DNA of 56,659 nucleotides, from IMG/VR virus record IMGVR_UViG_3300019935_000003, positions 1 through 56,659 of that record, one strand, 5' to 3'. This document shows positions 39,709 through 49,014 of the stretch, piece by piece; the first letter of the stretch is position 1; every line of letters starts with the position of its first letter. The notes beneath the pieces were generated by a model that ran no database searches, was not told the DNA's origin, and was given only the letters and a program-made list of their open reading frames with translations. This stretch comes from a virus. Its lineage: Duplodnaviria; Caudoviricetes. Both the position numbers and the translations under genes were made by a program.

Positions 39709-40226
39709 TATTGTTTCCCTTCTTTTTCAGAATCAGGAATGGCTTCTTTTAACACTTTCACAGCATCTTGTACTGCTGCTACTGCCTCCAAAGCATCGGC
39801 TATTTTTTCAATATCGATACCTTGAACTGCATCATTAACTTTTTCAGCTTCAGGTGCTTCTTTTGGCTGTGGGGTATTAGATACAAAAGCATTGATATCA
39901 ATCCCTGTCTTCTTGTGTGCAGCACTAAAAATAAGACGCTTTACAGTATCAATTCCTACAAGCGAAATACCGACAACAACACCAAATAAAAGCGGTGCTT
40001 CTGCTGCAATATCAATTTTAAGGAAATGAAATGCTAAGACACCGATACCCGTCGCCACTACACTATTCGACAGTGCAAGAATAAGAATACCGTTCCACTC
40101 TAAATGTGCGTGTGACTTATGGACGCGTGGAATGAAGGCAACAAAACCAGCCAGTACAACAAGAAAAGCGGGTAAGTATTGTTCTAATGAGCTAAGGAGT
40201 TTTTCAGGCATATCCATAGACTCCAT
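39708..40226 (-). CDS. Membrane protein, putative holin
   Basis: Three hydrophobic segments and a charged C-terminus. Confidence 0.5.
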   Translation of the reverse strand: MESMDMPEKLLSSLEQYLPAFLVVLAGFVAFIPRVHKSHAHLEWNGILILALSNSVVATGIGVLAFHFLKIDIAAEAPLLFGVVVGISLVGIDTVKRLIFSAAHKKTGIDINAFVSNTPQPKEAPEAEKVNDAVQGIDIEKIADALEAVAAVQDAVKVLKEAIPDSEKEGKQ

Positions 40227-41263
40227 TAGCTCATCTTGGCGCGTACAAGAGCTTTAGGGCGATGACAAAACAGTAAGCGGTTACTCTCTGTTTCCACAAC
40301 AACATTACGTGCTTTTTGCGGATCTGAATGATCTAACCCTTGGCTGGCATAAAGAGGTTTACCAAGTGTGTTTACTTCAGAAATTAAGTTAGCAGGGGCT
40401 TGGTAATCAAAAAATGTATTTGAAGTGCCATCAGGGTATAAAATTGCTTCGCCGTCTGGGATTGTTTCCAACTCTTGACCATTTTTACTTTTGAATTTAG
40501 TTTTCTGAACTTGAAATGTAATACCGCCAAATGTAAAACCATCACTAACGCGATCACCTAGTCGAGCCTGTGCTTTTTCATATCCACGATACACTTCAAC
40601 AACGCTTTCATGCTCAACAAATGCATCAAAAAAGCTTCGAGAACAAAGTGCTCTGACACCTGTCATGCGCTCATTTTGCAAGCCTTCATAAACTTTTTGA
40701 TACGCGTTGTCGCACATGCTACGAACTTTTGTTGTGCTAACATTTAACTTGAAATTCACAACCTGCTGCGCAATCTTGTATTCACTAAACAGATCAATAA
40801 ATTCTGTACCCTCACCATCTACAATCCGACCTTTCAAGCACCCAATCATCATAAATTCAAGTGTAAATCTATGAGAATTAACAAGAACACTTAATTTTTG
40901 ATTCATTAAGTTTGCCAGCGACTCAAGATTGTTTGGGTTGTTGGGGTTGTTATAATTCTGCAATTCTTGCACTGAAATGTTTGTGTCATCTGTAAAATGA
41001 GGCACTTCTATATAGCGTCTACGCTGCGTACTTTTTCCACTAGACTTTACACGCGGGGCTTGTCGGTCTGTAAAAGCTAATACACCAGAACGCTCTTCAA
41101 TTTCACGCACAGAAAATGATGTTGTGCTGATAGGTGAAGGCGTAAAAACACTTAATAAATTTAAGCTGTTATCGACACTATCCATATAAGAGATAGTTTC
41201 TGTTAAATTAGCGTGGCTGAAATGATCGCTATCAAAGGGGTTTTGTACTAGGGGCTGTGGCAT
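40226..41263 (-). CDS. Major capsid protein (lambda E family)
   Basis: NPFDSDHFS..NLTETI...H.FTLEFMMIGCLKG.IVD.EG...ESNRLLFCHRPKALV. Confidence 0.9.
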   Translation of the reverse strand: MPQPLVQNPFDSDHFSHANLTETISYMDSVDNSLNLLSVFTPSPISTTSFSVREIEERSGVLAFTDRQAPRVKSSGKSTQRRRYIEVPHFTDDTNISVQELQNYNNPNNPNNLESLANLMNQKLSVLVNSHRFTLEFMMIGCLKGRIVDGEGTEFIDLFSEYKIAQQVVNFKLNVSTTKVRSMCDNAYQKVYEGLQNERMTGVRALCSRSFFDAFVEHESVVEVYRGYEKAQARLGDRVSDGFTFGGITFQVQKTKFKSKNGQELETIPDGEAILYPDGTSNTFFDYQAPANLISEVNTLGKPLYASQGLDHSDPQKARNVVVETESNRLLFCHRPKALVRAKMS

Positions 41264-41265
41264 TA

Positions 41266-41616
41266 TTAAATTACCTTAATATCTAAATCTTTGAGCTGAC
41301 CAGTGATTTGCACCGTTTCTTCAGGTGTTACAGCTTCAGGAAAGTTCAAGCAATCGCCATACACCAGTGCAGTACCGTTAATCAGCGCGGGGCACGATGC
41401 AGTGGACGTAAACGTTTTATTTTTAATGCAAAGCCCAGCTACAGGGCGCGTGTCAAGTTCTGCTAAAACAACAGGAATCATTAACCCTGCATCGTTTTTT
41501 ACCAAAATGTCGCCATTTTTATATTCACCAGCGGCAAATAAAACATTTTCACGGCAAAAATCTGGGTGTACTTCAAAGTTAATTATATTTTTAATTTCTG
41601 ACTCAACGACTGGCAT
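41266..41616 (-). CDS. Head decoration protein (lambda D-like)
   Basis: FE.HPDFCRENV...; lies between the protease and capsid genes. Confidence 0.7.
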   Translation of the reverse strand: MPVVESEIKNIINFEVHPDFCRENVLFAAGEYKNGDILVKNDAGLMIPVVLAELDTRPVAGLCIKNKTFTSTASCPALINGTALVYGDCLNFPEAVTPEETVQITGQLKDLDIKVI

Positions 41617-41618
41617 AA

Positions 41619-42611
41619 TTAAGCATCCCCGCGTTGTGCTTTGGCAGCAGATAATAAAACATTAGTCTGCGCTGGCTGTTGAACACCAGCGGGCGGCTGT
41701 TCATAATTACTTAAGTGCTGCGCTCCTAGCTGCACGGATTTCTGCTGCTGCAACTGAGACATAAGAGAGTCCACAACCTTTAGTTGATGACTACTAAAAC
41801 TCATAAGGCAGTCAGTAATATTTCCCTCAAGCTTAATATCGAACTTGTCGGCGAGAGCTGTTAACTCCATTTTCTTTTTATCATTTTCCATCGCTTGCTT
41901 ATCAGCATTTGCTTTTTCAAGCTCTTGTTTTAAACGTTCATTTTCTGCTGATAGCTCAATAGAATTATCAGTGGCTGGCTGTTCTGTTTTTTGCTGCGGT
42001 TGAATTGTCGCGTTGGGTTTTGGCATGTTTTCCCCTAAATTTTGGTTTTGTTTATGGTAAGTTTCTGCAAAAGTATCTCTGTCGGCAGGATCAATTGTAA
42101 AAGCAATATGCTTAATAGTGGCATTGCTGATAATCACACCATCATTGAAATCTATACCATTAACCTTGATGGGGTCTGCATTTTTACCAACAGCCGTAAC
42201 CGTTTGATACTCAAAGCCAATACTAAAACGCCACGGCGCATCCTGCTTAGATTCGTTGTAAATGTTTTCCGCATTTTCATTCTGGTGAAAAAATTCACCG
42301 CTCACATGAACTTTGTCTTTTATATCTACTTTTGACACGCCGACACGTTTAGAACTCATATGGTCGAGCAGAGCAAAGATTTTCCCTGTATGTGTTTCTT
42401 CTACTTTTGTAGTGCTTAAGTCGACAATAAAGCGTTGGTATTCTTTACCGTCTACCCACATCCATCTATCGCTGACAACACCACCCGAATAGCCGACACC
42501 ATCAAATCTTTTTTGCTCAACACCTTTTTCATCAGGCTTTGCAGCAGAAAAATTAAATTCCCCCCCTATACAGTCAAGACGAAGGGATTGAACGGGATCG
42601 GGTTGTGGCAT
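41619..42611 (-). CDS. Prohead protease/scaffold
   Basis: RFDGVGYSGG...ALLDH...RVG...PWRFSIG...PADRDT followed by a coiled-coil scaffold. Confidence 0.75.
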   Translation of the reverse strand: MPQPDPVQSLRLDCIGGEFNFSAAKPDEKGVEQKRFDGVGYSGGVVSDRWMWVDGKEYQRFIVDLSTTKVEETHTGKIFALLDHMSSKRVGVSKVDIKDKVHVSGEFFHQNENAENIYNESKQDAPWRFSIGFEYQTVTAVGKNADPIKVNGIDFNDGVIISNATIKHIAFTIDPADRDTFAETYHKQNQNLGENMPKPNATIQPQQKTEQPATDNSIELSAENERLKQELEKANADKQAMENDKKKMELTALADKFDIKLEGNITDCLMSFSSHQLKVVDSLMSQLQQQKSVQLGAQHLSNYEQPPAGVQQPAQTNVLLSAAKAQRGDA

Positions 42612-42764
42612 GACGTATTACACCTATTTTTTATCTGAAATGATATGTAAAAGAATGTAGAAAACAATTATAATTGTTAAAATGTAGCAGCTAAAAAATG
42701 ATACAGCAAAAAAACCTGTGCCTAGGTGTGCATATGAGCAACTAAAATAAGATGGAGTTAAAGC

Positions 42765-43031
42765 GTGCTGAAAAGTGAAGTGATAAATCAACTATCTGAA
42801 AAGATAGATTTTTTAACTAAAAATGGGTACAGTTATTATGCAATATCAAAATTTATAGGGTGTGCACGAACAACAGTTGCAAGACTGCACAAAAAGGAGC
42901 TTAAGGACGTGGGGGGAGATGTTATAGTCGGTTTGTGTTTGTATTTTGACATGGAATTTCCATGCATACAGCACAGGAAAGATTTTCTGAAGCGCGTAGA
43001 TATAGCGCAAAGAAAAAAATACCTGGCATAG
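42765..43031 (+). CDS. Small HTH protein divergent from the late operon
   Basis: NGYSYYAISKFIGCARTTVARL. Confidence 0.7.
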   Translation: MLKSEVINQLSEKIDFLTKNGYSYYAISKFIGCARTTVARLHKKELKDVGGDVIVGLCLYFDMEFPCIQHRKDFLKRVDIAQRKKYLA

Positions 43032-43052
43032 AGTAAACTATGCCTAAGCATT

Positions 43053-43886
43053 TTATATATTAATGGTGTATTGTGAGGCAATAAACTTAAAAACAAACTC
43101 GTCGAACTCGAATCGTTTTAAGTCTAGCCTATTTCTAAGTAGATAATTAGAGAGCTTTGCTTCTTTGTCCAAGTACATTGTGTAGTTTTTGCAGTCATTT
43201 TCTTTATATTCGACTTGCCCTCTCCCTGCTGACGATAAACCTTCTTTTATATCAGTAAAGCGTTCAAGACAGTCAAAACCCGATATAAAATCGACAGCAG
43301 AAAGGTATAAATCTCCTATTTCAACCCCTTCTGTTTTGGATATAACGCTTAGTTTTACATAAAGGTAAGTTGGTATAGAAACAAAATCCGCCTTATGAAT
43401 TTTACTTGTTTTTCTACCTCTGCGCTCTTCAGAAAAAGCAGATTCATTTATAAATTCAACGCTTGTTTTTTCCACTCTTAAACTACTGTGTCTTTCTATT
43501 ACACGAAAAGCCATATATGAGTTTAATACGTTTGCAGTGAGGTACAGTCCTTCGCGTAATACAGTCATGCAATCACGAAAAGTTTTCGTAGTAATGCTAT
43601 TTAGGACATACGCTCCTTTTTTTCTTGTTGAGTACTCAATACTGTCTTTGTATTGCGCAAAGTCTTTGTCGGACTGAAAGTCTCCCTTATTATCAAATTC
43701 AGCAATATATTCAGCAAAAATTAAATCAATTGGTGCTCTCCCATAGTACGCTGCGATAACAGTTAAACGTCCTCTATACTCTTCGGGAATAGACATATTA
43801 AGAGACCTGACTGGCTCAATATACTCTACGTTTCTCCTTCTTTTTATTTCATTAACTCTTTCAAGCAGCTTATCAAAACCTTCCAT
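43053..43886 (-). CDS. Internally duplicated ribbon-helix-helix-like DNA-binding protein
   Basis: SLNMSIPEEYRGRLTVIAAYYGRAPIDL and DFVSIPTYLYVKLSVISKTEGVEIGDL align with each other and fit the RHH pattern. Confidence 0.5.
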   Translation of the reverse strand: MEGFDKLLERVNEIKRRRNVEYIEPVRSLNMSIPEEYRGRLTVIAAYYGRAPIDLIFAEYIAEFDNKGDFQSDKDFAQYKDSIEYSTRKKGAYVLNSITTKTFRDCMTVLREGLYLTANVLNSYMAFRVIERHSSLRVEKTSVEFINESAFSEERRGRKTSKIHKADFVSIPTYLYVKLSVISKTEGVEIGDLYLSAVDFISGFDCLERFTDIKEGLSSAGRGQVEYKENDCKNYTMYLDKEAKLSNYLLRNRLDLKRFEFDEFVFKFIASQYTINI

Positions 43887-43910
43887 AATTATTTTTTCTC
43901 CATAATATAC

Positions 43911-43955
43911 TGTGTATTTAAGTCATAATTATAATTTATTTATCTTAAATACACA
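43911..43955. promoter_or_regulatory. Perfect 12-bp inverted repeat (putative operator)
   Basis: TGTGTATTTAAG-21-CTTAAATACACA between the translocase stop and the RHH gene start. Confidence 0.65.
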
Positions 43956-43964
43956 ATGTGTTTT

Positions 43965-46553
43965 TTATATCGCTGCTGCCTTTTTTTCTTCTCTTAAAGC
44001 CTTTAATGCTTTGGAAACTGTTCCCTTGTGTGTGTCGAGAGCTACAGCAATTTTAGACTGTGTTACTTCTCCTTTTGCGGAAAGTATTTTGTATACCTCT
44101 ATTACTTTCTGCTTTGTCGTCATACCAGCCGATTCCTTAATAACTTGAATTGGATCAGTTTCCACTTCTTTACTTTTAATAACTGGAGTTTCCTCCTTAA
44201 CTCCCAAGTTTCCACTGGCTACCGTTTCCACTTTGTTTTCCTCACTTCTCTGTGGCTCTGTGTGTTGAGCTGTATTTTCAATATTTGAAGGCTGGTTTCC
44301 AATGTTTCCAGTGGAAACAGTAGAAACACCCTTGGGAGTTGTTGTAAAACTACCACTATCGGCAAAGTTCATGCCATAATATAAGGGAGTCACACCAAAA
44401 TCACGAGGATATTTATTTGCTTTGTTAATGGTAGTATTTGCATTACTAATACTTGGAATGTCTTTTTTATCATGTGGTTTATTAAAAAACCCATCTTTTT
44501 TCTGTGTGGTTTCCATAGTTTCCACTTGAGTTTCCCGCATGGTTTCCATTGATTTAGGGGTTTCCACAGGGGAAACTTTTTCCTTTAAAGGTCTTTCGTT
44601 ACTGGCAACACTGGAAACAACAGGGGTATCTTTCGGTAATGGTTTACGTAAAACTTTCTGTAATTTTTCACGCAATAAAGGTGTAAAACCATGGTGCCGT
44701 GCTTCTAATTTATCAGCAATGTCGTATGTGTCTTGCTCGGATATAAACATTGTTTGAACCTTAATAAGATTCTTACCTTCAAATGCAAATAACCCTTGAC
44801 CCTGCCCCGCTAAATCTTCAGCCCCCTTGTAACCGATAACAGGAACAGATTCACGCCACGAATTTACACGTAATGATAGCTTTGCTGAATTCCCTTTAGC
44901 ATAGCGCGGTACAGTTTCTGCACTGGGAATCTGCGTGGAGAGTATTAAATGTATTCCTGCTGCACGCGCCTTACCTGCTAATTCATTAAGCACCCAAGCT
45001 GCTGTTTGTTCACTATCAGCATTCCCCTTATCATCTAATTCCACTTTTATTTTACTTGAACCAAGCCCTGCAACCTCGTCAACGACAAAGAAAATATAAG
45101 GCATTTTTTCTGCTGAAAACTTAGCGTGAAACTTTTGGATATTAGAGCAACGATTACTACTTAAGCGGCGCAAACGTTTAAGCATTTCATTGTATGTAAA
45201 TACAAGTAAAGCACAGCTATCTTGTACTGTATCTGAGAATCCTATTGTGTGTGGTAAATTTTGGTAGCGGGATAATTCAACGCCACACTTAAGGTCATTT
45301 AAAATTATGTTGACTTGCTCAGGTGAATGATTTTCTAAAATCTGCGTGATATAGGAGTGCATTGCCACTGACTTTCCACTATTAGTCATACCACTAAAAA
45401 TAAGGTGGCAAAAATCTATAAATGATGCATTTAGTTGCTCACCACTACCGATAGCTTTACCTATGCATACAGTAAGTTGTTTTTGCTCTTGCTGCATTTT
45501 TTGATAATGTTTGGGCAAGTAATCAATGATCATGCCTTCCTTTTTTTCTATTTCAGATTGCGCTACTTCAGATGCTACAAGTTTACCAATCTGATCATCA
45601 TCTTTATTTTCAAGCGTAGGGGGGGGGGTGTGACTTTTTACCCAGCCTTGAGAATTACCAGTGTCGCCTTTATTTTTGCCTTTCTTTTTCTTTTCCTGAA
45701 TAACAGCAACGCCCCCTGAAAAATGCGGCGCAAAAAAGCAGAAACTACCAGCAAGCTCGCACAGTATCGCCATAAACCACAATAGGTAAGTTATTGAATC
45801 ATTATAAGTTGCATCACTCCCAAGAGCGTTAAGGATGGACTGTAACATGGTAAATGCGTCATTTCGCTCTTCATTTATGTTAACCGAATTTTTAGATATA
45901 CTATTGAAGTTTTCCCGCGCCTTTTGCTCACGCTCTAATGCTAATTCATAAAGCTTTTTGTTCTCTATAATTTCCAGTGTGTTCTGGTAACTATGGCAGT
46001 ATTTTTTATAATAAAATGAACTGCTTTTAGAAGGCTCACAAGTTTCCGTCATTGCTGCAACAGTTTGCCCTGTGTACTTTCCTGCACTATTTTCAGCAGC
46101 TTGGTTTAATATGTTTTCAGCGTTAATATAAAGTTGCTCAATAGTTTCCCCCCCCCTGTATGTCACAAGCTTGTTAACTTCTTTTCTTGCCTCATCGAGT
46201 TCATTTCTAGCCCCCTCATAAAGCAAACTCTCACGTTTAAGGGTTTCATGACGCTCTTGTATTGTATCGCGCGTATAGCCTGAAAATGAGACGAGAGAAA
46301 CAGCGGTTAATGCCAGCCAGACAAGGAATGTAAGCGCAAAAGAAACAGGCTTTTCATTCGCCCGATGGTATGCCATTAAGTATGCGGTTGAATACTTCAG
46401 TAAATCGAATGCAACACCCATTGCTGCAACAACAAGGCTAAATTGAATGTAAAAATTGAAATTAAAAAATATAGATATAGCACCTAGCACTATACCAATA
46501 AGTGTCATGAAAAATGCAGGGGAATCCCTAAAAAAAGAAGTCTCTTTAGACAT
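43965..46553 (-). CDS. Membrane-anchored FtsK/SpoIIIE-family DNA translocase with C-terminal HTH (TraB-like architecture)
   Basis: Four TM segments; HLIFSGMTNSGKS, DLKCGVEL, NEMLKR, FVVDEVAGL, LAGKARAAGIHLILSTQIP, GAEDLAGQG; C-terminal VTQSKIAVALDTHKGTVSKALKAL. Confidence 0.92.
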   Translation of the reverse strand: MSKETSFFRDSPAFFMTLIGIVLGAISIFFNFNFYIQFSLVVAAMGVAFDLLKYSTAYLMAYHRANEKPVSFALTFLVWLALTAVSLVSFSGYTRDTIQERHETLKRESLLYEGARNELDEARKEVNKLVTYRGGETIEQLYINAENILNQAAENSAGKYTGQTVAAMTETCEPSKSSSFYYKKYCHSYQNTLEIIENKKLYELALEREQKARENFNSISKNSVNINEERNDAFTMLQSILNALGSDATYNDSITYLLWFMAILCELAGSFCFFAPHFSGGVAVIQEKKKKGKNKGDTGNSQGWVKSHTPPPTLENKDDDQIGKLVASEVAQSEIEKKEGMIIDYLPKHYQKMQQEQKQLTVCIGKAIGSGEQLNASFIDFCHLIFSGMTNSGKSVAMHSYITQILENHSPEQVNIILNDLKCGVELSRYQNLPHTIGFSDTVQDSCALLVFTYNEMLKRLRRLSSNRCSNIQKFHAKFSAEKMPYIFFVVDEVAGLGSSKIKVELDDKGNADSEQTAAWVLNELAGKARAAGIHLILSTQIPSAETVPRYAKGNSAKLSLRVNSWRESVPVIGYKGAEDLAGQGQGLFAFEGKNLIKVQTMFISEQDTYDIADKLEARHHGFTPLLREKLQKVLRKPLPKDTPVVSSVASNERPLKEKVSPVETPKSMETMRETQVETMETTQKKDGFFNKPHDKKDIPSISNANTTINKANKYPRDFGVTPLYYGMNFADSGSFTTTPKGVSTVSTGNIGNQPSNIENTAQHTEPQRSEENKVETVASGNLGVKEETPVIKSKEVETDPIQVIKESAGMTTKQKVIEVYKILSAKGEVTQSKIAVALDTHKGTVSKALKALREEKKAAAI
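44158..44618. repeat. Intragenic GTTTCC/GGAAAC hexamer array
   Basis: GTTTCC at 44158, 44188, 44208, 44224, 44295, 44304, 44509, 44518, 44530, 44542 and 44560; GGAAAC at 44313, 44571 and 44613. Confidence 0.9.
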
Positions 46554-46853
46554 AATATAAACCTGTAAAAAAATGTAAAAAACACAATAACAGGTTTAAT
46601 TATACTACATAAAACAAAAGACAGGAATGTAAAAAGCTTTAATATACAGGCATATAGAGGGAGTATGAAAGGCGTTTGTTATTGCGTTCTACAAAGTCTA
46701 TATATCTAAAAAACAAAGAGAATACACGCCTTTCAGGGGGTATACATGGTACTTTACACAGAAACATAAGGCAAGCTATGTATTTTATAATTCATACATT
46801 TTTTAACATTTAGATTTAAGAAAATAAAATTATTTAAAAAAACAAAAAAGTTA

Positions 46854-46882
46854 TTGACTAATAGGCTATATATGCCTATAAT
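46854..46882 (+). promoter_or_regulatory. Cassette-type promoter P5
   Basis: TTGACT(46854)-17-TATAAT(46877). Confidence 0.8.
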
Positions 46883-46947
46883 ATCCCCCAACAAAGCCAG
46901 AAAAAACTTTTTCAAGGCACAAATCCAGCACTAGCGAGAGATAGAAA

Positions 46948-48138
46948 ATGATTACCAAGAAATTAGCAGCGCGCGCAAAACAAATACAAGAACAGTGCTA
47001 TGAAGATTATGGACATCAATATGATGAAAAGGGTAATGAGATTAACAAATTCCATTATTGTGATTGTTTGAAAGAAGCTATTGAGGAGGAAAAAATGGCT
47101 AAAAAATACTTCAAAGACACAAAAGAAGGTGAAAACCTTATTCTAAACATCCCTTTTGAGAAAAACGCAGAAATCAAGAGCCAAGTCATTGAGTACTTAA
47201 AAGAAAAAGGCGTTATACGAGGATACAATGAGTACAGCAAGTACTACTTTTTTGATTTCAATAAACGCATTAATCGCCACTATAAAAAGTGGTATTGGAT
47301 TCACAACAGCGATGTTCAAATGCCAGAACTTCTGTACCCATATTGCCTAAAAGTTCAGCAAGAAAAAGAGCGCATAAAGAAAGAAGAAGAAAATAAAGAA
47401 TACGCTCCTTTCCATAAAGCCGCGGATTTGGAAAAAGAAGGGACTTTAGAGAGCCTTAAAGAGGCTTTGGAAATACGCCAAGAGATGCTGGCAAAGGAAG
47501 GGGATCCAGATAGACAACAAAGCAAAGAATACAGCATTCGAGTCATTGAAGATAAAATTCTTAAGCTTGAAAATCCAAAGGCTTATGAAGAATTACAAGA
47601 GCGCATAAAATGCGAAGGTGAAGCGCGCGAACAGGAGTACAAGAAGCAACAGCAAGAGCGGGAAGATAAAATTAAAGCCAAGTATACGAAAAAAGAGGAT
47701 AGCTTATTAGAGGGTATTGGCAAAATAGAGGGTTCTATCAATAATGATGATGCTATTAGCTTTATTTTCAGCTACTACAACAAGAGTGTTAAATACCTTG
47801 AAAATGAGGCAAAAGAAGAGCTTGAACGTGACACAGAAAACCAAGAATTTTCAATAAAATACGGTGACCTTGAGCCGCATCGTGCGCAAGATTTTAAATT
47901 AAAAATACACACTCTTGAAGAGAAAGTTAGCAAAACACTTTGGGAGTGTCGTTTTGGAAACATGGATGTAACAATGGACTGTGTAGAAATAGATAACTCA
48001 CCTGTTCATGTAAAACCTCTCTACAATTTGCTTTGTGAGCACCAAGGTTTTAGTGAAATGAAGCGATTACAAGCAGCTTACGACAAACTTTTCAGTGAGC
48101 TTTGCAAGAAAGTAAAACAGAAACTAGAGCAACACTAA
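46948..48138 (+). CDS. Hypothetical highly charged early protein
   Basis: 396-aa ORF after P5, followed by a hairpin at ~48146-48173. Confidence 0.75.
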   Translation: MITKKLAARAKQIQEQCYEDYGHQYDEKGNEINKFHYCDCLKEAIEEEKMAKKYFKDTKEGENLILNIPFEKNAEIKSQVIEYLKEKGVIRGYNEYSKYYFFDFNKRINRHYKKWYWIHNSDVQMPELLYPYCLKVQQEKERIKKEEENKEYAPFHKAADLEKEGTLESLKEALEIRQEMLAKEGDPDRQQSKEYSIRVIEDKILKLENPKAYEELQERIKCEGEAREQEYKKQQQEREDKIKAKYTKKEDSLLEGIGKIEGSINNDDAISFIFSYYNKSVKYLENEAKEELERDTENQEFSIKYGDLEPHRAQDFKLKIHTLEEKVSKTLWECRFGNMDVTMDCVEIDNSPVHVKPLYNLLCEHQGFSEMKRLQAAYDKLFSELCKKVKQKLEQH

Positions 48139-48192
48139 ACCTATCACCCCCTCTTTTTCAGCCTGGAGGGGGATTATTTTATAAGTGCAATT

Positions 48193-48660
48193 ATGAATAT
48201 AGAAAAGCTAAGAATCTCACTTTACACACATAGACAAACCAACAATACAAGCCAGAATAATTTTTCAAAAAGGTGTGGGTTGTCCCCTAGAAAATTTCGT
48301 TCATTGACTTCACCTAATGAAGAAAAAAGAGAGAAGGTAACAGTATTGCAAGAAAATTCAATACTATACATTCTATACCTAATTGAAAATAAAGATATAG
48401 ATTGCAAGGATTTATCGACTGCAAATAGTATCAATGTGGATGAAATTAGGAATGATTTACTAAAGCTAAAAATAAGTCAAAATAGTTTTGCAAAGCTTGC
48501 AGGAATGACATCACGCAGAATTCGAGCATTACTATCTCCAACCATAACAAAAAGATCATTACCTCGTATTTTAGAAGCTAATTCAATGCTTTACACTCTC
48601 ATGCAAATAAAAAATGGTAGTATGGAATACAAGGTATCTGAACGTCCACGTACCATCTGA
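48193..48660 (+). CDS. Tandem double-HTH protein
   Basis: SQNNFSKRCGLSPRKFRSLTSP...ENSILY and SQNSFAKLAGMTSRRIRALLSP...ANSMLY are duplicated halves. Confidence 0.7.
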   Translation: MNIEKLRISLYTHRQTNNTSQNNFSKRCGLSPRKFRSLTSPNEEKREKVTVLQENSILYILYLIENKDIDCKDLSTANSINVDEIRNDLLKLKISQNSFAKLAGMTSRRIRALLSPTITKRSLPRILEANSMLYTLMQIKNGSMEYKVSERPRTI

Positions 48661-49014
48661 TCTTTAAAATGTAGCACTAAAACCACCTAGTGCTACCCCC
48701 TTTTTCTCTATACAGACAAAACCCCCTCCACATTAAATCTTGATAAAACACATAAAATAAGAGGCAATACAACTGCCCAATGAATATTTTTTACTGCATA
48801 TGAGTACATTTTGCACACAAAATTATTGTTTTTTACATTATTTAACCATTTCTTCATTGCACTTATCACCCTATAAAAGATCATGATATATTGTTTTAAC
48901 TTTATGATATAGAATATATTATGCACTTCATTACATATGGGAGTCAAAAAATTATCGATTGTTAATTAATGTAAAATACTTGTATCAATAATTAATTCAT
49001 AATATAATAAATTC

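Noticed and set aside
43965-46553. Host chromosomal ftsK or a T4SS coupling protein
   Set aside because: It lies inside the att boundaries, its C-terminal HTH does not resemble the FtsK gamma motif, and no relaxase or mating-pair genes are recognisable
48708-48947. 79-aa minus-strand ORF
   Set aside because: Non-ATG start, very AT-rich and no motif; cannot be supported as a gene
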